Part shown: positions 26,286 through 39,510 of the stretch, piece after piece
How positions within the stretch are numbered: the stretch's first letter is position 1
How the letters are laid out: each line of letters begins with the position of its first letter
Origin: Squalus acanthias
Taxonomy: Eukaryota
Reading direction: 5' to 3'
DNA length: 64,000 bases
Assembly: GCA_030390025.1 (NCBI GenBank)
Contig: CM059431.1
Location: 130,512,001-130,576,000 of the forward strand
Translations under genes and position numbers: made by a program
The notes under the pieces: generated by a model
The model's input: the letters and a program-made list of their open reading frames with translations, nothing else
Told to the model about the DNA's origin: nothing
The model's database searches: none

Positions 26286-26959
26286 TATGTGTTTTCTCCT
26301 TATTTATAAAATCGCGATATATTGCGAATTCTACACAGCTCATGTGCTCCTCAACAAATAGCTGCTCCAATCCATTTTCAGACACTTCCGTGGTTGGCAG
26401 ATTCACATCTATGTTCAGTTTGTTCCACCATTTAGTAGATTTAAGATGTGTCAGAAAGCATTTTGTTCTGGGTCAGAGTGAAATTAATTGTATCAAATTC
26501 CCATAAGTATTGATGATGTATGCAATTGATGAATTGCTTGAAGCAAACAATTATCTGTTAGTTGTTGGCATGACTGTGAAATAGTAGAAACTTGGACATC
26601 AATCAAGACGGGAAGTTTCACAGGTTAGAAATAAAGGTTTGGTATGAAAATAAGCAATAGACTTAAATAGTGGAACGATCAAATTAGCAGGAGGTAATTT
26701 TTCATTGACATTACTACCTTTTTGAATGGGACTTTGAAAAAATTGTCAACTTAGTGGAGTGTTCAAATTAGAAAGACAGTTGACAAGCAAATAGTACAGA
26801 ATTACAAGAATGTCAATTCATTACATACTTACCAGCACAGGCACGACGGGCTGAATGGCCTCCTTCTGTGCTGTAAGTTTCGATGATTCTATGACAATGA
26901 GCCATATGTTTGCTGTAGAAGACCATCTAACGGTGTCTGATGTTATATACACTTGCTCC

Positions 26960-27661
26960 TGCACCATTCAGCTCAAATATTTTTTGCCCACTAAGCTGCT
27001 GAAAGTGCGAGTTGATAACAGCGCAGCAAGGGAACCAGGGCATCTGGGACCTTAGTGAAAGACAGGACCAACAGTCCATCTCCTTAACTCATGAAATGTA
27101 AGGCTTGGGAAATAAACAGCAGAAGGACTGAGAAGGAGGGTAAATTAAAGGGGGTGAATTGAATGTCAAATCAGGTACAGAAAGAGAAATAAAGAGAGGG
27201 AAAGAAAGATTGGATTAAGAGAGAGAGAAAGAAAAAAGAGACAGTAAGGAAAAGTAAGAATTTTTATTTAAATTTGACATGTTTAAAATCTCCTAAAACT
27301 CACAACCAGAATTCCACATTTGTAATAGTTAATTTTAGGTGCCAGAGATGTTGATTGGCAGTCATTAACACTTATCACATTGTTAAAAGAGTACTTACAC
27401 TTGTAATTACTATCCTTAAATATATGTGGTGGGTTTAGTTCATATTTACCATGCAAATACAGCAACTTCAGGCCATTCAATGCAAGTCAATGGTGAGGCA
27501 GACAGCAAAAGGCTGTTTTCGCAAAGCTAACGGCAGAGCAGTGCAACTCAGACAGCAAATTTTGTGTATTGGCATTTAACTACACATCTGCCCCTCGCCT
27601 GAAGTTGATGTACCAATAAAGCTATTAGCCTCAACAGTATTTTGATAGCAAAATCTGGCCC
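26960..27661. mobile_element. MITE, same family as 13893-14706
   Basis: Shared TCAAATCAGGTACAGAAAGAGAAATAAAG body; right end GCAAAATCTGGCCC. Confidence 0.7.
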
Positions 27662-27682
27662 AATATAACCCTGCAAGAATAA

Positions 27683-28137
27683 ATGGCTCAGTGGGTAGCA
27701 CTCGCGCATCTGAGTCAGAAGGTTGTGGGTTTAAATCCAACTCCAGAGACTTGCACACAAAATCTAGACTGACACTCCAGTGCTGTAACTGAGGGAATGC
27801 TGCACTGTCAGAGGTGCCGTCTTTTGGATGAGACGTTAAACCAAGGCCCCGTCTGCCCTCTCAGGTGGACGTAAACGATCCGATGCCACTGTTTAGAAGA
27901 AGAGATGGGAACTTTTCCCTGGTGTCCTGGCCAATATTTATCCCTCAACCAACATCACTGAAACAGATAATCTGGTCATTGTCACTTTGCTGTTGTGGGA
28001 CCTTGCTGTGCACAAATAGGCTGCTTTGTTTTCCAACATTAAAACAGTGGCTACACTTCAAAGTACTTATTGGGTATAAAGCGCATTTGGACATCATGAG
28101 GCCATGAAAGGCGCTATATAAATAAAAGTCTTTTCAT
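27683..28137 (+). mobile_element. Deu-domain tRNA SINE
   Basis: TGGCTCAGTGGGTAGCAC head, Deu core, GAAAGGCGCTATATAAAT tail. Confidence 0.9.
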
Positions 28138-28139
28138 TT

Positions 28140-29815
28140 TAGAAATTAACAAGGCCAATAGAATCTTGAACTACATAACCAACTCATTCAAATATAAATC
28201 AAAAGTTGCAATCAAACTGTACAGTGCTCTGGTCAGACTTCACCTTGAGGATTATATCCAGTTCAGGTTGCTATGAAATAAATTATACTTATATTTAAGA
28301 AGGGAGATAGAACATCTTCAGGGAACGATAGACCAGTCAACTTAATATCGGTGGTAGCAAAAATAATGGAATCCCTACTAAAGGGGAAAATAGAAAAACA
28401 TCTAGAAACCAAAAATATAATAATGAATAGCATGGATTTCAAAAGGGAAAGTCTTGCTTGACCAACCTTATTGAATTCTTTGAAGATGTAACAGAGAGAG
28501 TAGACAAGGATAATGCAGTAGATATAACATATCTAGATTCCCAAAAGGCCTTCGATAAGGTGCCACATAATAGATTAATGAATAAGGTCAGAACATGCGG
28601 AGTCAGGGGACAAGTGGCAGAATGGACAGCTAGCTGGCTGCAAAACAGAAAGCAGAAAGTATGGGTACAGGGTAGGTATTTGGAGTGGCAGAAGGTGGAA
28701 AGTGGGGTTCCATAAGGATCAATCCTGGGACCACTGTTGTTCACAATTTATATTAACAATTTAGACTTTGGAATCAAAAACACAATTTCTAAATTTGCGG
28801 ATGACACCAAATTCGAGGAGATAGTCAATACTGAGGAGGACTGCAACAAATTACAAGAAGACATTAATAAACTTGCAGAATAGGCATATAATTGGTAAAT
28901 GAATTTCAACACATAAGTGTGAGGTATTACATTTTGGTAAGGAAAATAAGGAGGTCACATATTACTTGGAAAATAAGAATCCAAATGGGGTAGAGGAGCA
29001 AAAGGACGCAGGTTAATAAGGCCATAAAATAGCAAACCAAGCACTAGGGCTTATTTCTAGAGCGATATAATTGAAAAGTAGAGACGTTATGCTAAACTTG
29101 TATCGAACCTTGGTTAAACCATACTTGGAGTACTGTGTACAGTTCTGGTCGCCATATTGTAAATAGGAAATAGAGGCACTGGAGAGAGTGCAAAAAATAT
29201 TTACAAGGCTGATACCAGAACTGTGATTATACCAATCAGGAAAGGATGAACAGGCTAGGTATTTTGTCTCTTGAAAAGAGAAGGCTGAGGGGTGACCTAA
29301 TAGAGGTCTTTAAAATTATGAAGGGTTTTGATAGAATGTTTCCATTTGTAGGGAAGAGCAAAACTAGAGACCATCAACATAAGATAGTCACCAAGAAATC
29401 AAATAGGGAATTCAGAAGAAACCTCTTTACCCAGAGAGTGGAGAGAATGTGGAACTCGCTACCACAGGGAGAAGTTGAGGCGAATATTATTGATGGATTT
29501 AAGGGGAAGCTTGTTAAGCATATGAGGGAGAAGGGAATAGAGGATTATACTGATGAGGAAGGATGGGATGAGGCTCGAGTGGAGCATAAATGCCAGCATG
29601 GATTGGTTTGGCCAAATGGCCTGTTTCTGTACTGTATGTTCTATGTAATTCTTTGTAAAGTGAGACATTCAAGTGCTGGAGGCAGGGCAGGAAGAGCCAC
29701 AAGGCTGATTCCTTGTGTCAGGGATTTGAGTTATGAGAAAAGCTTTAAGAAACTTGGGTATTTTAGTCTAAAAGAGAGACATCTGACAGTTGATCTTATA
29801 TTTGCTATATATAAA
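28140..29815 (+). mobile_element. Old CR1 fragment split by a younger CR1 (about 28285-29655)
   Basis: NKANRILNY..KLYSALVRLHLE at 28140-28270 resumes as RATRLIPCVRDLSYE after 29660; the inner element has LTNLIEFFE, FADDTK, WNSLP and a TTCTATGT tail. Confidence 0.8.
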
Positions 29816-31159
29816 TAATATTGTTAATAGTATGGTTTTTTGAATGTTGAGCTAGAGGCAACCTTTTGAAGTAGTGACCTTAAGTTGATCTTTAGCAGCA
29901 GTTCGATCTGTGACTTGGAGCTAGATAACTTTAAAATAATTTTTTGCAATTTCCATCAATAAATTTCCAGATCTTTCCAGTTTGGAGGATGGGTAAAAAT
30001 TAATTTCTTTACAGTTCTGACTTGCTAAAAGAGGAATTCTCCATGATCTTAGTAAATGCTAAGATGCGCACTTGATGCATGATGTTATATTCACACAACA
30101 TGTGCAATAGCATCACTGACATGATGCACATGCATTCAGGGACCCAATTCTCAGCACCAAATTCTGGAAGGGAGGCAACAGGAGGTAACTTCTTTAAACA
30201 CTTATGCCCCGATATTAACCTCCCACTCAATCCAAACCCACCCGTTTTTGGGGGTTAACCTTTAGTTACGGACACTTATCAATAAGTTTCGCAAGTTGCA
30301 ATCAATTGGATCACTGCTTCTGGAGAGAGAAAGTGGTAAAGGTAATGGCACACGAGGGATAACTTCGCCTTCCTTACCTCCCACCTCACAGGTACAAAAT
30401 CTAGCACCATTTAAAAAAAAATGTCTCTTGTCTGTTGATTGGAGTGGCCATACAAATACTAGCCCCACTCCTCCCCCACCCCCCTCCCCGCTTCACTGCA
30501 GTTTAGAAGTAGTTATCTCTCTATTTTATATACAATTCACAGCCAAAACAAATCAGCTACAGATCACAGAAAATTGGTTAAAAAAAGACTACTCCATGTT
30601 TGGCGACTAATTAATGAACCTTAATGTTTTTGGTAAAGTAACAAGGGAGCTCACTTCCTCAATAATGTTCTTATAAAATAGCTTAACTATGCCTTGTTAG
30701 TCTCTGCTTGTTTCCTTGAGGTTTAGTTCAAAATAAAAAATATTTTTACTGATTTTTTCTGAATTTTTGGGGTTCTAATTCCCCCCTGGAAAATAAAAAC
30801 TGAAAAACACCCCCAAAACACAGGTTATTGACAATAAAATTTCACTTTAAAGTTCCTTATCTAGAACCTAAGATAGTAGAACACCTACCCCCTATTAGAA
30901 AAGGACACATTTTATATTGATGAATAAGTATGTTGGTATAAAGCATTCTGACTAAGGAAATACAATGAGTTCTTCATAACTTATAAGTTCTGTGCTGGGC
31001 AAAGGACTTTTGTTGCTAGGCCAGAAATTCTTTGCTCAGGGAATAATGGGTAACGTGGAAGAAATTCAGGGTGCAAAGATGATGGCCGGAGGCATGTGAT
31101 GCTTGTGGGGATATTCCAGGGTATTTCAGGAGAATATTTCATTGACTAATGTCAGGCAA

Positions 31160-32050
31160 ATGGATTTAGCAATGCTCAAGAGGCCTTCTGATTTTCTTCC
31201 GATTCCTCAGGTCTCTCTTTCCCTTCCTCTTCTGAGAGGCCTTGCTGATGCTCCTCCAGGTCCATGCCTCATTGATGGCTGAGTTGTGCAGCATGTAGCA
31301 CATTACAATGATCTTGGGCACTTTTGATGGTTGATAGATGTCCCCTGACTTGTCCAAGCACTGGAACCATTGGTTCAGAATGCGCATTGTGTTCTCTGTG
31401 ATCATTAAGATGGAGGCATGGGCATCATCATACTAATTCTGTGCCAGAGTTTGAGGATGGTGCAGAAAGATCATGATCTAGGGCTTCAGCAGGTATCCCG
31501 AGTTTCCCAGGAGCCAACACTTTATTTGTTGAGTGTCCACAAACAGGGGGCAGGTGGGGGAGGAATACTTAGCTGCCTAAGAATCAAAGCATTATGCGTG
31601 CTACCAAGGAATCTAGCATTCACATGCATAATCTTATAGTTGTGGTCACACACAAACTAGACCTTCCTGCCGATATAGGTGGCATTCCACTTACAGTGGA
31701 GCATGAATTCCTATGTGCCTCCTGTTGATGACTTTCAGGAAATTTTCAAGAAACCTAATGCCCATCTGTCCTGATCTCTGAGATCTGTGGAGAAGATGAT
31801 GAATTCCCCAGCTCTGAAAAACAATACATTTATGACTTGGTGAAAGAACCTGCTGCTTTCAGACTGGTTTCATGTTCTATATGTCACCTACCACCCCCAT
31901 TATCACTGCCTCCCCCTGAGGCAAATTAATTCAAGGTGATGGTCTCTTTCATCTTGACAAATAATGTCAAGTGAGACCTGCATTGTGGTTTTAATTCAGC
32001 CTGCAGCATGCCACATAGCTCCTGAATGACCTCCCTGGTGAATCCTAACT
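31160..32050 (-). pseudogene. Degraded Harbinger transposase
   Basis: ITENTMRILNQWFQCLDKSG..YQPSKVPKIIVMCYMLHN matches the HARBI1-like C-terminus. Confidence 0.7.
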
Positions 32051-32151
32051 CCCAGATACACTGCTACTAAGGTTCCAGAGACTTCGGAGGGGAGAGTAAA
32101 TGTGACAGCAGAATAGGGGCAGATATTTTTTCTTCCTATTATCAAGACAAG

Positions 32152-33939
32152 GGCCGTGATTTCACTGACCGAGGCAGGTCCGGGACAGCCGGGGTCGGTG
32201 TCGCGGTCCCAGCCCACTGCCAACTGCAGCCCGCTCTCTCCAAACGATATTTTGTTGATTGGGCTTGGTAAGCCCGCCCTGCGAGGTTCCGGCCAATTAA
32301 TAGGAAGCGGGTCTGATGAAGTAATTTGCTGACGCGTCATCAGCCGGGTTCCTTAAAGGGGCCATGTCCAAATTGATTTTGACAGTTCTGCTGTCAGTGT
32401 TCTACAGCATTGAGGTGCTGCAAACACTGACAAGCACTGCACAAAGGTGGACGGCTGCACCCAGGCTCTCCCATGACTCCCTCCATATGCTTATGGAGGG
32501 AGTCACAGCAAGCAGGAAGGTTCTGTTCCCGTCCCATGTGCGGAAGAGACCTCCCCAGGAGATTAACGCAGCCTGGTTGCACATTGCACAGGAGGGCAGA
32601 AGCAGGGATGTCGTCAGGAGGACCAGGCTGCTGTGGCACAAGCCTTTCAATGATCTGAGCAGATCACGAAACGTTACTGCCAAGCCACACTCAACCTCAT
32701 CCCGCTGTGCCAATCATCACATCCACATCACTCTGCCTTCCCTACCCTACTCCTGCACATCTTCACTCACACCAACTTACCTTGCACCTCCACCCATCCC
32801 TCTCTATCTACATTATCATTTCCCCATCTCACTAGCCACCCCTCACACTCACCCTCAACCTACTGCAAACATACGAACTAACAACACACAAGGGTAGGCA
32901 CTTGGGTGGTTTAGCCAATGGTCATGTGAAGTTTCTGTTAATATGTTGTCAAACATTGAAATCTATATTTCCAAGACTTTACCTTATTGGACAGATCTGT
33001 GCTCACCTTTGAAAGTGTCTGAGTGATATCCAGTGAATGCTGAGACATAACTCCACCCCGCCCCCCCCCCCCCCCCCCCCCCCCTAATTGTGATAAGTGT
33101 GAAACGAATGGATTGGACATTGTAGGGATGCTTTATGGTGCTGGTGTATGGTGGTGTCAACCTAGCACATCATGTGACAGCCAGGATTTACAGCGTCAAG
33201 TGAAGTAAATCTGGCCATGGTGATGCCATCGCTGGCCTCCCGGGCAGCAATGTTGCCCTGTGTCCTGTGCTGCATCAGGTGATTGCGGAGAAGGTTGATA
33301 TTGTTGTTGGTGATGTTGGTGTGCCTGGTGATGTTGGTGTTGGGGCTGATCATGGAGGGATTCAGAGGACCAAGGTGAAATTTTTTTAAGGGCACCTGAT
33401 GTTGCTGGAATAGATGGCAGCTGAAGTTGAATTGATAGAAGTGATCTGTCACTGGTCAGAGAGCTTGCTCCAAGGAGGTGACAGTGGATAGAGAGTTTAC
33501 TCCAAACACGTCCAAACTGCACACAGCTCAAAAGTGTCTTCCAACTCCTGAAGGCTCAAGCTTCTGACATTGGAAAGTGACCAGCTGTGAAATGGTAGCT
33601 TTCATACCACTTTTGCAGCTGTCACCTATTCACAGCAATGGGGAGACATAGAGAACCCGACCTACTTACCTGAAGTGATCTCCGAACAATGTGAACCCCG
33701 TTAAAAAAGTGGTAAAATAGAAATAGGCTGGCAAAATAGTAGTTAACAAGCGATTAACTATCTTAAATGCCTCCCCCGCCACTTGGTGTCGGGTCTGTTC
33801 TGAAATCGCAGACCCGACACTTTGGAAGCTTACATGGAGGCAGGTTCGGAGCGGGTTCCCAACCCGCTGGCAATCATTTCGATTTTGACAGTGGACCCGC
33901 CTCCGAACCCGCACTCTGAGCGCCAGCAAAATCGCGGCC
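32152..33939 (+). mobile_element. Non-autonomous Harbinger element (same family as 20866-22309)
   Basis: TIRs GGCCGTGATTT / AAAATCGCGGCC; TSD AAG; Myb/SANT exon APRLSHDSLHMLMEGV..FNDLSR on plus strand. Confidence 0.88.
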
Positions 33940-34423
33940 AAGCTTTCTGCATGTCTTTGTCATCTTTTCTCCTCATAAGCCAAATATAATGGGATGTCCA
34001 ATGACACACCATTTTGGTGTTAGGAATAGAACTGGTTAACATTCCCAAGTACCTGAAACAAATTGTTTCAAAAAGTCCAATTTCAGTAATATCGCATTTG
34101 CACTCAATAATACTTCTGTCAAAACTAACGTAATGCTTCCTGCCTGCTTCAATGCAAAATGTGGTTTCAGAAACACAACCTCTCTCCTTTGTCCTACTTT
34201 TATAGGGGAAACCTGCATCTGACTGACACATAACCTGCACCGTCATAGTTAGCTGAAAGTCATCATCAAAATTAAGTGTTAATCTCATTTAATGAAAACA
34301 CCTGGTTCAGGAGTAGTACAGTTTTGAGACCAGAGGAAATAGTGGGTAAATGCAAAATGGTCATACTGGCTCTGTGCCATTTTCCCTCATAATTATACTC
34401 TAAAAACTAGCATAAAATGGGGG

Positions 34424-37400
34424 TACATAGATACATAGATACATAGAAGATAGGAGCAGGAGTAGGCCATCCGGCCCTTCGAGCCTGCTCCGCCATTTAA
34501 TGAGATCATGGCTGATCCTCCAATTCAGTATCCCGTCCCCGCCTTCTCTCCGTAACCCTTAACCCCTTTTGCCTGTAGAAATATATCTAATTCCCTCTTA
34601 AATATATTTAATGAGCTGGCGTACACTGCCCTCTGTGGCAATGAGTTCCACAGGTTCACCACCCTCTGAGTGAAGAAATTCCCCCTCATTTCTGTCCTAA
34701 ATGGTTTAGCCCTTATCTTTAAATTATGTCCTCTAGTTCTGTTCTCACCCGCCAAGGGAAACATTCCTTCTGCATCTAGTCTGTCTAGACCTGTCAGAAT
34801 TTTATACACTTCTATGAGGTCCCCTCTCAATCTTCTAAACTCCAGTGTGTACATCCCTAAACTACATAGTCTCTCCTCATAGGTCAATCCCGCCATTCCT
34901 GGTATCAGCCTGGTGAATCGCCGCTGCACCCCCTCCATGGCAAGAACATCTTTCCTCAGATGAGGCGACCAAAACTGTACACAGTACTCGAGGTGTGGTC
35001 TCACCAGTGCCCTGTACAGCTGCAGCAAGGTATCCCTGTTCCTGTATTCCAACCCTTTTGCTATGAAGGCCAGCATACCGTTTGCCTTCTTGACCGCCTG
35101 TTGCACCTGCATGCTCGCCTTCAGTGACTGGTGTACAAGAACACCCAGGTCTCTCTGTACTTCCCCCTCTCCCAATTTATTGCCATTTAAATAATAATTT
35201 GCCCTCCCGTTCCTGCACCCAAGGTGGATAACTTCGCACTTGTCCACATTATAGTGCATCTGCCATTTATCCGCCCAATCACCCAGTCTGTCCAAATCGC
35301 TCTGGAGCTTCCTGGTCTCCTCCTCTGAGCCCACCCCCCCTCCTAGTTTAGTGTCGTCTGCAAATTTGGAAATGCTGCATCCGACTCCCTGATCCAGGTC
35401 ATTAATGTAAATTGTGAACAGCTGGGGACCCAGGACAGATCCCTGTGGTACCCCACTTGTTACTGCCTGCCATTCAGAAAATGAGCCGTTTATTCCAACT
35501 CTCTGTTTTCTGACAGCCAGTTCTCTATCCACGTCAATACTTTCCCCTTTATCCCATGAGCTTCAATTTTCCATGCTAATCTTTTATGTGGGACCTTGTC
35601 GAAGGCCTTTTGGAAGTCCAGGTACACCACATCTACTGGCTCTCCCCCATCTATTTTACCAGTTACTCCCTCAAAAAATTCCAATAGATTAGTCAAGCAC
35701 GATTTACCCTTTGTAAATCCATGTTGACTCTGTCCTATCCTGTCCCCATTTGCTAAGTGCTCCGCTATTTCATCCTTAATGATGGACTCCAGCATTTTGC
35801 CCACAACTGATGTAAGGCTTACAGGTCTGTAATTACCTGCTTTTTCCCTACCCCCCTTTTTGAATAGTGGGGTAACGTTAGCTACCCTCCAATCCATGGG
35901 CACTGTTCCCGAGTCTAATGAATTCTGAAAAATCATACTTAGTGCATCCGCTATCTCTAGGGTCACCTCCTTCAGTACCCTAGGATGCATGTTATCAGGC
36001 CCTGGGGATTTGTCCGCCTTCAATCCCTTTAGCTTCCTTAACACCATATCCTTAGAGATATTGATTTGCGTCAGTTCCTCCTTTGCCAATGTCCCTATTT
36101 TTCCCGATATCCCAGGGAGGTTTTTTGTGTCTTCCTTCGTAAAGACTGACCCAAAGTATGCATTTAGTTGGTCTGCCATTTCCTTATTTCCCGTTATGTA
36201 TTCCCCCGTATCTGACTGCAATGGACCAACTTTGGTTTTCACCAGTCTTTTCCTCTTGATATACTTATAAAAGCTTTTGGAGTTAGTTTTTATATTTTCC
36301 GCCAGCTTGCTTTCGTAAGCTATTTTGCCCCTCTTGATTAAGCCCTTTGTCCTCCTTTGCTCTATCTTAAACTGTTCCCAATCTTCCGCTCTGGCGCTTT
36401 TTTTGGCTATTTTATACGCCCTATCTTTGGATTTTATGCTGTCTCTAATTTCCCCTGTTATCCACGGTTGAGTCACCTTTTTAGATTTCCTTTTATGCCA
36501 GATTGGTATAAACAATTTTTGCAATTTTGTCATTCTATCTTTAAATGCTTGCCATTGTTTATCTACCTCCAGTCCTCCCAGGAACGTTGTCCAATCAGAC
36601 CTACTCAGTTCCCGTCTAATGGCATCATAATTCCCCTTGTTTAAATTCAGGACCTTAGTCTCTGAGTCAATTTCTTCGCTCTCCATTTCGAGTGAGAAAT
36701 CGATCATGTTATGATCGCTCTGACCCAAGGGTCCCCGTACAACAAGATTACTAATTAGTCCCTTCTCATTGCACAGTACCCAGTCCAATATAGCCTGTTC
36801 CCGAGTTGGTTCCTCGACATATTGATCCAGATAACCATCCCTTAAACACTCAAGGAATTCCTCCTCCTCATTACTTTTACTGATTAGGCTAGTCCAATCT
36901 ATATGTAAGTTAAAGTCACCTATGATGACAGCTGTGCTCTTATTGCACGCTTCTCTAATTTCCCTCGTGATGCCCTCCCCAACCTCTATTTTACTATTTG
37001 GAGGCCTATATACCACTCCTATTAATATTTTTCGCCCCTCGCTATTTCTTAGCTCCACCCATATAGATTCTGTATTAACTGAGTTAATATCCTTCCTTTC
37101 AATTGCATTTATCCCCTCTTTTACCAGCAATGCTACCCCTCCTCCCTTTCTTTTTTGTCGATCCTTCCTAAATACTGAATACCCCTGTATGTTAAGCTCC
37201 CAGCCCTGCTCACCCTGCAACCATGTTTCCGTAATCCAATTAGATCATAATTATTAACCTCTATTTCTACAGCTAATTCATCTACCTTGTTCCTGATGCT
37301 TCTCGCATTAAGGTATAAAACCCTCAGGCTTTTTTTATGCTCACATTTTTTATGAATTAGTTTGGCCCTTTGTTTTTTGTTCCTCACCCTTTTACCATTT

Positions 37401-37552
37401 ATTTCTGTCTGCCTTTCACTTTCCTCTATTTCACTACATAGGTTTCTCGCCCCCTGCCATACTAGTTTAAATGCTCCCGAACTGCTTTATCAAAAATTAC
37501 CCCGAGAACATCAGTTCCATCTTTGCACAGGTGTAGACCGTCCCTTTTGTAC
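34424..37552 (-). mobile_element. CR1 LINE, 5'-truncated in ORF1, near-intact ORF2
   Basis: ORF1 end YKRDGLHL (esterase-like). ORF2 LYLNARSI / IGDFN / SDHN / GPD / LDFQKAFDKVPH / GVPQGSVLGP / FADD in three frames. (ACATAGAT)n tail at 34425-34447. Confidence 0.95.
34525..37387 (-). pseudogene. CR1 ORF2 (APE endonuclease + reverse transcriptase) with two frameshifts
   Basis: ORFs 37133-37387, 35490-37220 and 34525-35532 overlap and join at about 37230 and 35520. Confidence 0.9.
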
Positions 37553-38623
37553 ATTAGAGGAAAATCAGGGCCAGTGTATTTACAGTAAGAAGATTGCAAT
37601 GGACAGGGCCATATGGCACAAAACTGATACACTTCTAAGATGATGGTCCCAGCTGGGACACCAAATAGAAACACAAAACTGTTGTTCCTGCTCTGACCGT
37701 ATGTACAGGAGAAATGAATGGAAAATGAGCAATAGGCAGATAGCTAGGAGAAGGAAAATGCGATAGTGAGGTCTTGTGGCATCTGTAGTGGGCCTGGTAA
37801 TGACAACTGATCATGAAATAGGCACTTTTCTTTGTGAACGTTCTTAACAGGTAAGTGAGCAATCATCTTTGAAATTCCCTGGTGCTGGCTGCTAATGATT
37901 TAGTTTTTAGCATTTAGCTTTTGCTGGCTAAGTGCTCCAGCTGCTGAAAATGCCCATGAGCTGCTTTGAGAAGAGCTCCACATATCATTTAAATTGGTGG
38001 GACTTGCGGTCTTGTTAATGGTAGTGTACTGATTAGAAGCCTATGATGGGCTTATTTTTCAGGCTGAACTTGACATTTAATAGAACCTGGTTATTTTAGT
38101 CTTGACTTTGTTGATCAAGGCTTTAGTCCAGACAATCCATGTCGGAAAAATATTTGGATTGTTTTGATAACATCTATTTGTTTATTTTTTATACAGTGAA
38201 AACTTTGAGTTTATTGATAAATTATTCAAACTAATAAAAATTGTCAGTGTTTCCTGTTATTAAAATTAATGTTTATTTTGGCAAGAATTAGCATTGAAAA
38301 GAATGTAAACAAAATCAATGAAGAAGCTAAAACTTTCTGGTATTAAAAACAACACAATTGCCAATAATCAGAATTAGGCCTTCAAGGACTAGGTTGGTTT
38401 ATGAGTGCCAAGTAGAAAGGGTAGCCTGGATTTTTTGTTGACCTCCGCCCAATGTTGTGGCATTGATCTTATGTGCAGTGAACGTCCTGGGTTGTTAATT
38501 GGTGGTGAGTATATGGAAGGCCATGGAACAGACACAGTAATGTTAAGATAAGTGTATTTCAACCATTTCTCAACTCTTTTTCTTAATTTTCTTTTCTGCT
38601 GGCACTTGGGTTCTCTTGAACCT

Positions 38624-38985
38624 AGGCTCAGTGGTAGCACTCTTGCACCTGAGTCAGAAGCCCCACTCCAGGACTTGAGTACATAGGCCAGGAATTTCCT
38701 TGGAGTTGCTCCCACTCTGACCGTAAGTGCAGCAGAAACCCCGTTTATGGAGTGGGAGGACATTCCTGGCCATAATCTAGGCTGACACTTCAGTGCAGTA
38801 CTGAAGGGGTCTTGCACTGTTGGAAGTGTTGTCTTTCAGATGAGGTGCTAAACTGAAGCCCTGTTGGTCCTATCAGGGGGGCATAAGAAGACGAGCAGGC
38901 GAGTTCCCCTGCTACTGTGGCCAACACTTATCCCTCCACCAACATTAAAACCGATTATGTGGTGTTTTATCGCATTGCTATTAAA
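38624..38985 (+). mobile_element. Degenerate Deu-domain SINE interrupted by a mini-MITE
   Basis: GGCTCAGTGGTAGCAC head; Deu core at 38810-38940. Confidence 0.75.
38686..38771. mobile_element. 86-bp Harbinger-like mini-MITE
   Basis: Perfect 10-bp TIR GGCCAGGAAT / ATTCCTGGCC; TSD ATA; the SINE is continuous when it is removed. Confidence 0.85.
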
Positions 38986-39340
38986 AAAATTAAATAAAAC
39001 TTTTTTTTACTTTATCTTTCTGTCTCTTTTATCTCTTTCTTAATCCCATCTTTCATTCCCTTTCTGTACCTGATTTGACATTGAATTCAATATTCTAACT
39101 AACACTTCCTGGTTCAGATTCTGTGCTGCTCATTAACAATTGTTCAATCTGATTGGTTAAGGAGATACGCAATTGCTTTCCCTGTTCACACTGGCCCCAG
39201 ATCCCTGTAGAGGGCGCTGCACCAAAATGGCTTTCTAATTACATTAATTTCCAGTGCAAAATCCCATAGAAAGTCTATGTGCAAGTGTAGTGAATGACTG
39301 GCACCATTCATTTGCCACTGAGAGCATGATTTTCTTTCCA
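38986..39340 (-). mobile_element. MITE fragment (13893 family)
   Basis: TTTCTGTACCTGATTTGACATTGAATTCA is the reverse complement of the family body. Confidence 0.65.
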
Positions 39341-39344
39341 TTTA

Positions 39345-39510
39345 ATTAAAAGTCCCTTTTTGGGTTTTATGTCCCCATGTGAGCACTTTGCATTGCTCAA
39401 CATTGAATTTCATTTGCCACCTCTCTGCCCAATTCCCAAGTATATTCAAATCCTCCCATAGCTTATCCTATTCAGCTTTGGAGTATTCCACCTTAATTTG
39501 CTTTGTGCTT
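39345..39510 (-). mobile_element. Old CR1 RT fragment
   Basis: LGNWAERWQMKFNVEQCKVL. Confidence 0.65.

Larger units (their letters stand above)
23853..26335 (-). mobile_element. Probable long solo LTR (retroviral/Gypsy type), interrupted by a DNA transposon
   Basis: TGT...ACA termini, flanks CACC / CAGC (4-bp TSD with one mismatch), abrupt CpG-rich composition, minus-strand AATAAA near 23967-23972, no recognisable protein. Confidence 0.55.

Noticed and set aside
33056..33084. Long poly-C run (also 11163-11177) and (GA)n at 59237-59258
   Set aside because: Simple low-complexity tracts with no further structure
33830..34288. 152-aa ORF as a host exon
   Set aside because: Spans a transposon boundary, no recognisable domain or convincing splice sites
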